A DNA stretch of 26,647 nucleotides, taken from NCBI GenBank assembly GCA_008081325.1, contig VMCO01000177.1, forward strand, positions 1-26,647. The letters run 5' to 3'. This document shows positions 1 through 8,902 of the stretch, in pieces. The position numbers and the translations under genes are program-made. Position 1 is the stretch's first letter, and each line of letters begins with the position of its first letter. Source of the stretch: Flavobacteriaceae bacterium (GTDB lineage Bacteria > Bacteroidota > Bacteroidia > Flavobacteriales > Flavobacteriaceae). The notes under the pieces were generated by a model, which saw only the letters and a list, made by a program, of their open reading frames with translations, had not been told where the DNA came from and did no database searches.

Positions 1-2
1 TT

Positions 3-668
3 TCTATTGAAGGTTTTATTAAGAGATATTTTGATTTCCCTGTTTCGATACTTGATGGTGTTTCACTGGCGAATAAAGGTGCTGACTTTGAAGTACTTGG
101 GAATGAAGACATAGTAACAACAGGGGAAGGTAGAACTAAAGGCATTGAATTTTTATTTCAACAAAAACTGACAAGAAATTTTTACGGAATTTTCTCATAT
201 ACTTTTTTCAAAAGCGAATTTACCGATATTAATGGTGATTACCTTCCATCGGTTTGGGATAGCAAGCATTTGTCTTCCTTTAGTGGTGGATATAAACTCA
301 AAAGGAATTGGGAAATAAGCTCCAGATGGCGCTTTGCAGGAAAAACCCCTTTCGTACCATACGATTTAGAGGCCAGCTTAAATAATTACCCCAATATGGT
401 CTTAGACTATTCCCAACTAGGAAATGTAAAACTTGGCAATTTTTCTCAGATAGATGTAAGATTTGATAAAAAGTGGAACAAGGAAAACTTGTCAATAAAT
501 TTATTCATAGAAATATTAAATCTTTTAGCTCAAAAAATACCCTCTCCAACTGAGTTCGGACTAGAAAGAGATGATTTTGGAAATATTTTAACCCCTTTAA
601 ATCTTGTTGAAGTTGATGTTAACAGGGAATCAATTATCCCATCATTTGGATTTTCGATAGATTTTTAG
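3..668 (+). CDS. TonB-dependent receptor, C-terminal beta-barrel fragment (5' partial)
   Basis: Frame 3 is open from base 3 (SIEGFIKRYFDFPVSILDGVSLANKGADF...GEGRTKGIEFLFQQKLTRNFYGIFSYTFFKSEF...WDSKH) and runs into the listed ORF 270..668. It has amphipathic beta-strands, a GxExxxQ motif and a terminal Phe (FGFSIDF). Confidence 0.85.
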   Translation, partial: SIEGFIKRYFDFPVSILDGVSLANKGADFEVLGNEDIVTTGEGRTKGIEFLFQQKLTRNFYGIFSYTFFKSEFTDINGDYLPSVWDSKHLSSFSGGYKLKRNWEISSRWRFAGKTPFVPYDLEASLNNYPNMVLDYSQLGNVKLGNFSQIDVRFDKKWNKENLSINLFIEILNLLAQKIPSPTEFGLERDDFGNILTPLNLVEVDVNRESIIPSFGFSIDF

Positions 669-833
669 TCTATTTTCACTCATATAAAAATATCGGATTA
701 AAATTGTTAATTCTTTAAGAATATGACAATTTTTTTAGCAAAACACTATAATATTAATTACAATTAATGCAAAAATTAGATAATATTTTTAATAAAATTT
801 TATTTTTAAAGGCTATTTTTTTACAATAATGCA

Positions 834-863
834 TTGTGTTAACAGATTATTAACATATATTTA
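834..863 (+). promoter_or_regulatory. Putative Bacteroidota housekeeping promoter (-33 TTG, 19-bp spacer, degenerate -7 TATATTTA)
   Basis: TTG at 834-836, a 19-bp spacer, then TATATTTA at 856-863 (one mismatch to TAnnTTTG), 29 bp upstream of the ATG at 893. Confidence 0.45.
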
Positions 864-866
864 ACC
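839..866 (+). repeat. Three direct repeats TTAAC(A/C) with exact 11-bp period
   Basis: TTAACA 839-844, TTAACA 850-855, TTAACC 861-866. An additional inverted copy TGTTAA lies at 705-710. Confidence 0.6.
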
Positions 867-892
867 CAATTAAAATTAAACATAAACAAATT

Positions 893-3673
893 ATGAAAAC
901 AATTCTTAAGATTTTAATAATGTTAGTTGGTGTTTTTTCTTATGCTCAGACAACAGTTTCTGGAAGCATAACTGATCAAAACAACCAACCATTATCAGGC
1001 GCTACTGTTATTGTAGTTGGAACATCAAGTGGTGTTGCAGCTGACTTTGACGGTAATTACACAATTACTGTTGATATGGATGCACCTTTTAGCATCGAAG
1101 CTAGTAGTGTTGGTTTCAAGCCTGCAACTGTAGAGGTTACAGGAACTTCAACAGTGAATATTGTTTTAGAAGATAACACAGCATTAGACGAAGTTGTTGT
1201 GTCTGCTTCAAGAACTCCTCAAAGAGTTTTTGAATCTCCGGTTACTGTTGAAAGATTTGGAACAAAAGACATCAGAACTACTGCATCAGCAGATTTTTAC
1301 GATGGTCTTGAAAATTTAAAAGGTGTTGATATTAACGTAAACAGTTTTACGTTTAAATCAATTAACACAAGAGGTTTTGCTACTTTTGCAAATACTCGAT
1401 TTGTACAATTAGTTGACGGAATGGATAATTCAGCTCCTGCCCTTAACTTCCCACTTGGTAACCTATTGGGGATGGTAGAGACTGATGTATTAGATGTTGA
1501 ATTAGTTCCTGGAACTTCTTCAGCTCTTTACGGAGCAAATGCATTCAATGGTATTCTTTTAATGAGAAGTAAAAATCCATTTGACCATCAAGGTGTCAGC
1601 GGTCAATATAAAAGAGGTGTAACTGTTCAAGACGCAGCAGGAACAAACGAATACCAAGACCTTCAAATTAGATGGGGTCATAAATTCAGTGACAAGCTAG
1701 CTATGAAAGTTAACTTTGGTTACTTAACAGGTACTGACTGGATTGCTAATAGTGAAAAAGATAAATTAAATAGATCTGTATTCCCTGGTGATTATAACCA
1801 TGATGGAATTAACATCTATGGAGATGAAGTTGCTACTAACATTTATGGTGTAGCTCAAGCTATGGTAGGTTTAGGTCTTTTACCAGCTGGTGCTGAAGCA
1901 CTTGTTCCTTCTACTGTAGTTAGTAGAACTGGATACAATGAAACTGATATGGCTGATCCAGATGCGACAAGCAAAAAGGCTGACTGGGGTGTATACTACA
2001 GACCTATTGAAGGAAGTAACCTAGAAATTTCATATGTTGGAAAATGGGGTACTGGTAAGACTTTATACCAAGGTATAAACAGATATGCAATCAAAAACTT
2101 TACAATGAACCAACATAAGCTTGAAGTTACAAACGATAACTGGTTTGCAAGAGCTTATATGGTTGAGGATAATGCAGGTGACTCATATGATATGACGTTT
2201 GCTGCGATTAATGTAAACAGAAGATGGAAGCCAGATTTAAATTGGTTTGCTGAATATGTTGGAGGAATAGTAAATGGTCAATTAGCAGGAATGACAATTG
2301 ATCAAGCTCACGTATTAGGAAGACAGATTGCTGATACAGGTAGATGGTTACCTGGCTCTCCAGAATTTGAATCAAATTTAGCTGAAGTAATTCAAGATCC
2401 TGATCTAACAACAGGAGCTAGATTTACTGATAACTCTAAATTTTATCATTTAGACTACAATTATAATTTTGGTCATATGTGGGATTGGGCTGAAGTACAA
2501 GTTGGTGGATCTGCTAGAAGATACTCTCTAAATTCAGGTGGAACTATATTTACAGATGTAGATGGTCCAATTGAATACCAAGAAACAGGTTTCTACACTC
2601 AAGCGGTTAAGAAAATGATGGATGATAGACTTGTTGTAACTGGTGCTATCAGATATGATAAATCAGAATATTTTGATGGTCAATTTTCACCTAGAGGTGT
2701 ATTAAGTTATACGGCTGGAGAATACAAGAATCATAATTTTAGAGTTTCTTACCAAACAGGATTTAGAACTCCAACAACTCAAGACTTATTTATTGGATTA
2801 GATGCTGGACAAGCTAGATTAGTTGGTTCTGGTGTCGGTAACCCTGAAAGATATGTTAGAGATTATGGAATTAGTGCAGCTGGTCAAGCATTAGGAATTC
2901 CAGCAAGTGTAACAATTACTGGTGCTTCTGCGTATAATAATGCATACGAGGCAAGTTCAGTTCAAGCTTTTGCCGCTGCTGGTGATCCATCACTACTAAA
3001 AGTAGCTGATGTTGACTATGTTAAACCAGAACAAATGCAATCTATGGAATTTGGATATAGAGGTAAATTAACAAGAACATTCACGATTGATGCTGCTGTT
3101 TACAGAAACGATTTCCAAGATTTCATCAATACTCAAGTAGTTCTTTCTCCTCTTTATGGAGAAGTTGGTGATGGTGGTTTATCAGTGTTAGCAATGGCTA
3201 ACGGTGATTTTGAAACATGGAGTTCATACACAAACTCTCCAGCTGAGATTTCTTCTTGGGGTGTTTCTATTGGTGCTCAAACCAAGATTTTCGGAAATTT
3301 CGATTTATCAGCAAACTACACTAAAGCTAAGTTAGAGTTTGAGCAGTCATTATATCCTGATTTTAGAACAAACTGGAATACACCTGAGCACAAAATCAAA
3401 GCTCAATTTGGAAACACTGAATTGTTTAAGAATTTTGGGTTTAATGTTGCTTGGAGATACTGGAGTGAATATTTATGGCAAGCATCTTTTGGAGATGGTA
3501 TGGTGCCAGAAACTCATGTTATAGACGCACAATTTAACCTTACAGTTCCTAAGTGGAAATCAACTATCAAGGTTGGTGCAACTAACCTAGGTGGTGAGGA
3601 ATACTTTACTGCGTTTGGTTCAGGATTTATCGGAACTCAGTACTATGTTTCATGGACTGCTAATAACTTTTAA
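893..3673 (+). CDS. TonB-dependent receptor with N-terminal carboxypeptidase-regulatory-like domain
   Basis: Signal peptide ending AYA/SYA-Q, an N-terminal domain (VSGSITDQNNQPLSGATVIVVG..ADFDGNY), a TonB-box-like LDEVVVSASR, plug motifs (INTRG, VDG, G.SSALYGANAFNG) and a C-terminal aromatic strand. Confidence 0.95.
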   Translation: MKTILKILIMLVGVFSYAQTTVSGSITDQNNQPLSGATVIVVGTSSGVAADFDGNYTITVDMDAPFSIEASSVGFKPATVEVTGTSTVNIVLEDNTALDEVVVSASRTPQRVFESPVTVERFGTKDIRTTASADFYDGLENLKGVDINVNSFTFKSINTRGFATFANTRFVQLVDGMDNSAPALNFPLGNLLGMVETDVLDVELVPGTSSALYGANAFNGILLMRSKNPFDHQGVSGQYKRGVTVQDAAGTNEYQDLQIRWGHKFSDKLAMKVNFGYLTGTDWIANSEKDKLNRSVFPGDYNHDGINIYGDEVATNIYGVAQAMVGLGLLPAGAEALVPSTVVSRTGYNETDMADPDATSKKADWGVYYRPIEGSNLEISYVGKWGTGKTLYQGINRYAIKNFTMNQHKLEVTNDNWFARAYMVEDNAGDSYDMTFAAINVNRRWKPDLNWFAEYVGGIVNGQLAGMTIDQAHVLGRQIADTGRWLPGSPEFESNLAEVIQDPDLTTGARFTDNSKFYHLDYNYNFGHMWDWAEVQVGGSARRYSLNSGGTIFTDVDGPIEYQETGFYTQAVKKMMDDRLVVTGAIRYDKSEYFDGQFSPRGVLSYTAGEYKNHNFRVSYQTGFRTPTTQDLFIGLDAGQARLVGSGVGNPERYVRDYGISAAGQALGIPASVTITGASAYNNAYEASSVQAFAAAGDPSLLKVADVDYVKPEQMQSMEFGYRGKLTRTFTIDAAVYRNDFQDFINTQVVLSPLYGEVGDGGLSVLAMANGDFETWSSYTNSPAEISSWGVSIGAQTKIFGNFDLSANYTKAKLEFEQSLYPDFRTNWNTPEHKIKAQFGNTELFKNFGFNVAWRYWSEYLWQASFGDGMVPETHVIDAQFNLTVPKWKSTIKVGATNLGGEEYFTAFGSGFIGTQYYVSWTANNF

Positions 3674-3692
3674 AAATTAAAATTTAATCATT

Positions 3693-5132
3693 ATGAAAAT
3701 TAAATATTTATTACTTTCTGTTTTTATGTTAGCTCTATGGAGCTGTGAAACAGATGTTGTTAACCCAGATGAGGTTTATCCAGACCCTTATTTAGATATA
3801 GACTCTGGAGATACAGATTTTAGCACTTATGTTTCTTTAGGTGCAAGTATCACAGCTGGTACTACTGATGGATCAACATTTTTATTGGGTCAAGCTAACT
3901 CTTACCCAAATATGTTAGCCAATGTAATGTCAATGGCAGGCGGTGGTGAGTTTACTCAACCATATGTTAATGATAATGTTGGAGGATTAACTTTATTTGG
4001 AAATGTGATTGCAGGTCCTAGACTATATTTTAACGGTGCTGGACCAGTGCCAGTAGATGGAACTCCTACTACTGAAGTTTCTAATATAATGCCTGGGCCT
4101 TATAATAATTTAGGTGTTCCTGGGATGCAAGCAATTCATGCTTTAGCTCCTGGTTATGGAAGTCTTGAAGGACTTCTTGCAGGTCAAGCGAATCCATATT
4201 TTGTAAGAATGGCGTCGAGTCCTGGAACAAGCATTTTGCAAGATGCGTTGGCACAATCTCCAACGTTTGTATCTGTTTGGTTAGGCGGTAATGATGCATT
4301 AGGGTTTGCAACTTCTGGTGGAACTAGTACCCTTACACCTCCTTCAGAATTTGACTTTGCAATTGGATCTACTATAGGAGCATTAGCAGGGTCTGGAGCT
4401 GACGGAATATTAATTAATGTTCCTGATGTTACAGCAATTGCTTTCTTAAATACAGTGCCTTACAACGCAATCCCTTTAGATCAAGCTACTGCTGATTTAT
4501 TAAACGGAGGTTTTGCAGCATACAATGGCGGCTTACAATTGGTTCAAATGATGGGCTTAATATCTGCAGAAGAAGCTGCTGCTAGAACAATTGTATTTGT
4601 AGCTGGACAAAATGCAGCAACGATTGAGGATACTGACCTTACTGATTTATCAGTTTTAGGCTTACCTAATTGGAGAATGGCTACTGCAGCAGATAAAATT
4701 GTTTTACCTGCCATGACTGTTTTAGGAACTACGGTTGGTGGAGATCCTACACAGATAAATGGAGTTAGTGTGCCACTTGCAGATAATCTTGTTTTAACTG
4801 CTGATGAAGTAATGGAGGCTCAAGCAGCTATTTCTTCATACAATGCAACAATTTCTGCATTAGCATCACAGTATGGATGGGCTCATTGGGACTCACATGC
4901 TGTGTTAAACCAAGTTGTAAATACTGGTTATCCAATGGATACTTTCACTTTAACTGGGGATTTAGTATTTGGTGGACTTTTCTCACTTGATGGAGTTCAT
5001 CCAACAGCTAGAGGAAATGCTTTCATTGCCAAGTTATTGATGGCTGAAATTGATGCTACATACGGATCAAATCTTTCTGACGCCGGAATAGATATTGGAG
5101 ATTACCCAACTAATTATCCAAATGGCTTATAA
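3693..5132 (+). CDS. SGNH/GDSL-family hydrolase lipoprotein
   Basis: SpII lipobox LWSC (Cys18) followed by acidic residues. Block I variant GASITAG, block II NLGVPG, block III WLGGNDAL and block V DGVHP are present. Confidence 0.88.
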   Translation: MKIKYLLLSVFMLALWSCETDVVNPDEVYPDPYLDIDSGDTDFSTYVSLGASITAGTTDGSTFLLGQANSYPNMLANVMSMAGGGEFTQPYVNDNVGGLTLFGNVIAGPRLYFNGAGPVPVDGTPTTEVSNIMPGPYNNLGVPGMQAIHALAPGYGSLEGLLAGQANPYFVRMASSPGTSILQDALAQSPTFVSVWLGGNDALGFATSGGTSTLTPPSEFDFAIGSTIGALAGSGADGILINVPDVTAIAFLNTVPYNAIPLDQATADLLNGGFAAYNGGLQLVQMMGLISAEEAAARTIVFVAGQNAATIEDTDLTDLSVLGLPNWRMATAADKIVLPAMTVLGTTVGGDPTQINGVSVPLADNLVLTADEVMEAQAAISSYNATISALASQYGWAHWDSHAVLNQVVNTGYPMDTFTLTGDLVFGGLFSLDGVHPTARGNAFIAKLLMAEIDATYGSNLSDAGIDIGDYPTNYPNGL

Positions 5133-5155
5133 GCTTTAGAAAACAAACTAAAAAT

Positions 5156-5190
5156 AAAAAAAGTCTAGATTTATTCTAGACTTTTTTTTT
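5156..5190 (+). terminator. Intrinsic (potentially bidirectional) terminator
   Basis: Perfect 14-bp stem AAAAAAAGTCTAGA (5156-5169), loop TTTAT, TCTAGACTTTTTTT (5175-5188), ending in a 9-T run. Confidence 0.9.
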
Positions 5191-5224
5191 GTTCAAAATA
5201 TTTGATTAAATCTTAAAAAATGTA

Positions 5225-5255
5225 TTGAATATATTTCATAAAAAATCTATATTTG
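5225..5255 (+). promoter_or_regulatory. Bacteroidota sigma-A promoter of atpD-atpC
   Basis: TTG at 5225-5227, a 20-bp spacer, then TATATTTG at 5248-5255 (exact TAnnTTTG). Confidence 0.75.
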
Positions 5256-5272
5256 CGACTTAATTGAATTAG

Positions 5273-6802
<1,530 letters not shown>

Positions 6803-6813
6803 ACTTTCTACAA

Positions 6814-7089
6814 ATGATATTAGAAATAATTTCCCCAGAAAAAATAATCTTTACAGGTGACGTAGATTCTGTTGCGGTCCCTGGGGTTGACGGTGAATTT
6901 GAAATGTTAAATAATCACGCAGCTATTGTATCAAACTTAAAAAAGGGTGCTATTAAAGTATATGGAAATATTACTCTTGATGATACGCAGAAAGAGATTT
7001 TTCAAAAAGGTGACAGAGGGTATCATTTAGATATTAACTCAGGAACTGTTGAAATGAAAAATAACAAGGTTACAGCATTAGTTGAATAA
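6814..7089 (+). CDS. atpC: F0F1 ATP synthase subunit epsilon (short, beta-sandwich only)
   Basis: LEIISPE, V.VPGVDGEFEMLNNHA and SGTVEM motifs, located 11 bp after atpD. Confidence 0.95.
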   Translation: MILEIISPEKIIFTGDVDSVAVPGVDGEFEMLNNHAAIVSNLKKGAIKVYGNITLDDTQKEIFQKGDRGYHLDINSGTVEMKNNKVTALVE

Positions 7090-7093
7090 GACT

Positions 7094-7528
7094 CTATAGC
7101 TTCTTTATAACATTTGTGACTATCCCCCATATAATTAATTGATCATTATCTTTTACTTCTATTGGTTTATAACTTGAATTTTCAGGCTTTAACCAAATTT
7201 TGTTTTTTTTGACAATCAATCTTTTTACCGTAAACTCCCCTTCTATAAAGCAAACTGCAATTTTATTATTACTTGGCTCTATACTTCTGTCGATTACGAT
7301 TAAATCTCCATCCTCTAAACCTGCGTTAATCATTGATTCACCTGAGACTCTAGCAAAAAATGTAGCTTCTTTATTTTTAATCAATTCCTGATCAAGACTT
7401 ATTCTTTCTTGTTTAAAATCTCCAGCAGGTGAAGGAAACCCTGCTGATATACCAGCGTTGATTAAAATCGTATCAAGATTATTATCTGTACTTGGTGTAA
7501 AAAAATTTAGACTTTTTTTATTTTTCAT
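7094..7528 (-). CDS. umuD: UmuD-like peptidase S24 (Pol V autoproteolytic subunit)
   Basis: Cleavage-site motif SAGFPSPA, catalytic Ser in VSGESM and catalytic Lys in FTVKRL. At 144 aa it has no HTH domain, so it is not LexA. Confidence 0.93.
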   Translation of the reverse strand: MKNKKSLNFFTPSTDNNLDTILINAGISAGFPSPAGDFKQERISLDQELIKNKEATFFARVSGESMINAGLEDGDLIVIDRSIEPSNNKIAVCFIEGEFTVKRLIVKKNKIWLKPENSSYKPIEVKDNDQLIIWGIVTNVIKKL

Positions 7529-8778
7529 TTGAGCTTAATAATATCATTAATTTTAGTTGTATAACAAGGCGATAAAAATTCCTGTTTCATTTTCCATTTT
7601 CTTTTTAAATCTTGATTAGCCAATTTGATTTTTTCTCCGTACTTAGAATTAATATAATCCATTGTCTTCATCAAAGGCTTATGTCTGTAATCTTCATTTT
7701 CAAAAATACCAAGTTGATAGCTATTATTAGGCACAAGACTAGTCACAATTACACCAGCCTTCTTATAATCTATTTTAGATTGAAACATCGTTTCAATTGC
7801 TTTTAAAGCGTAGCTGTTTAAAACAAATGAAGAGTTTGTTGGGTATGGCAATGTTACAACCCTAGAGCAAGAATGTTGTTGTAAATCTTTTCTGAAATAA
7901 TTACTTCTTATAAATACAATCATAACATTACAAAGAGAATTCTGTCTTCTTAACTTTTCAGCACAGGAGAGTGAAAAAGTTGAAACCCTTTCTTTTAATC
8001 TACCCAAATCTGAAATAGGTTTTTCAAAAGATCTTGTGGTGGCTATAGATTTCTTAATTTTTAAAGAATCTAGATCTAAATTTGATATACCTTTTAATTC
8101 TTGTTGAATCTTTAATTCGACAATTGATAAATTTGATTTCACCCATTGTTCCGGAAGTTCAACAAAGTCTAATGCGTTTTTACATCCTATATTCTGAAGA
8201 CGCTTAGTCAATCTTTTGCCTATCCCCCAAATATCGTTTAAAGGGAAATAGTTTAATGCTTTAGATCTTTTATAACCCGTATCTAAAACATATACATGCT
8301 TTGTTTGATGTGGAAACTTTCTTGCTATTTTATTAGCAATCTTTGCTAATGATTTTGTAGGAGCAACACCTACAGAAGTTGGTATTCCAGTCCATTTCAA
8401 AATTGTGTTTCTCATTTTTGAAGCATAGCTAAAGAGATCGTAATTTTCATATCCTTCAAATTTTAAAAAAGCCTCATCAATACTATAAATTTCAACGTCT
8501 GGAATAAACTTTGAAATTGTTGTCATTACACGATTACTCATATCTGCATATAAAGGATAATTTGAAGATAGAACAATTACATTATGCTGATTGATGATTG
8601 ATCTATATTTAAAAATAGGAGCTCCCATAGGAATTCCTAATCGCTTAGCCTCGTCACTTCTAGAAATAGCACAGCCGTCATTATTCGATAATACTACTAC
8701 AGGCTTACCATTTAAATTTGGATTAAACACCCTCTCACAAGAGACATAAAAATTATTACAATCTATTAAAGCAAACAT
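7525..8778 (-). CDS. umuC: Y-family DNA polymerase UmuC (Pol V)
   Basis: ALIDCNNFYVSCERVF, VVVLSNNDGC, YSIDEAF, GWGIG-like DIWGIG, and the C-terminal UmuC-type tail WKMKQEFLSPCYTT. Confidence 0.95.
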   Translation of the reverse strand: MFALIDCNNFYVSCERVFNPNLNGKPVVVLSNNDGCAISRSDEAKRLGIPMGAPIFKYRSIINQHNVIVLSSNYPLYADMSNRVMTTISKFIPDVEIYSIDEAFLKFEGYENYDLFSYASKMRNTILKWTGIPTSVGVAPTKSLAKIANKIARKFPHQTKHVYVLDTGYKRSKALNYFPLNDIWGIGKRLTKRLQNIGCKNALDFVELPEQWVKSNLSIVELKIQQELKGISNLDLDSLKIKKSIATTRSFEKPISDLGRLKERVSTFSLSCAEKLRRQNSLCNVMIVFIRSNYFRKDLQQHSCSRVVTLPYPTNSSFVLNSYALKAIETMFQSKIDYKKAGVIVTSLVPNNSYQLGIFENEDYRHKPLMKTMDYINSKYGEKIKLANQDLKRKWKMKQEFLSPCYTTKINDIIKLK

Positions 8779-8902
8779 GATATAAATATAGTTTTTTAAA
8801 GATTTAAAAATTATAATATTTCAGAACTTATTTAACAAAAAAATAGTTTGATAAGTATAGGCAAATAAGTACTTTTAAAAAATCAATTTTTGATTCAAAA
8901 TC

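Noticed and set aside
298-495. 65-aa minus-strand ORF
   Set aside because: Antisense shadow of the TBDR, with no motifs.
270-668. Listed 132-aa ORF as a standalone gene
   Set aside because: It is the tail of a TBDR whose frame is open from base 3; the TTG at 270 is internal.
2208-2411. 67-aa minus-strand ORF
   Set aside because: Antisense shadow within the 926-aa TBDR.
3339-3524. 61-aa alternative-frame ORF
   Set aside because: Out-of-frame overlap inside the TBDR, with no start context or motifs.
4081-4311. 76-aa minus-strand ORF
   Set aside because: Antisense shadow of the GDSL gene.
7094-7528. S24 peptidase as a LexA or phage repressor
   Set aside because: It has no N-terminal HTH, is 144 aa, carries the UmuD-type SAGFPSPA motif and is coupled to umuC.
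7200-7806. Plus-strand ORFs 7200..7391 and 7612..7806 as antisense peptides
   Set aside because: Short, no homology cues, and lengths expected by chance opposite AT-rich genes.
7094-8778. umuCD as cargo of a mobile element
   Set aside because: No integrase, transposase, att-like direct repeats or obvious composition shift, and the flanks are core-type genes.
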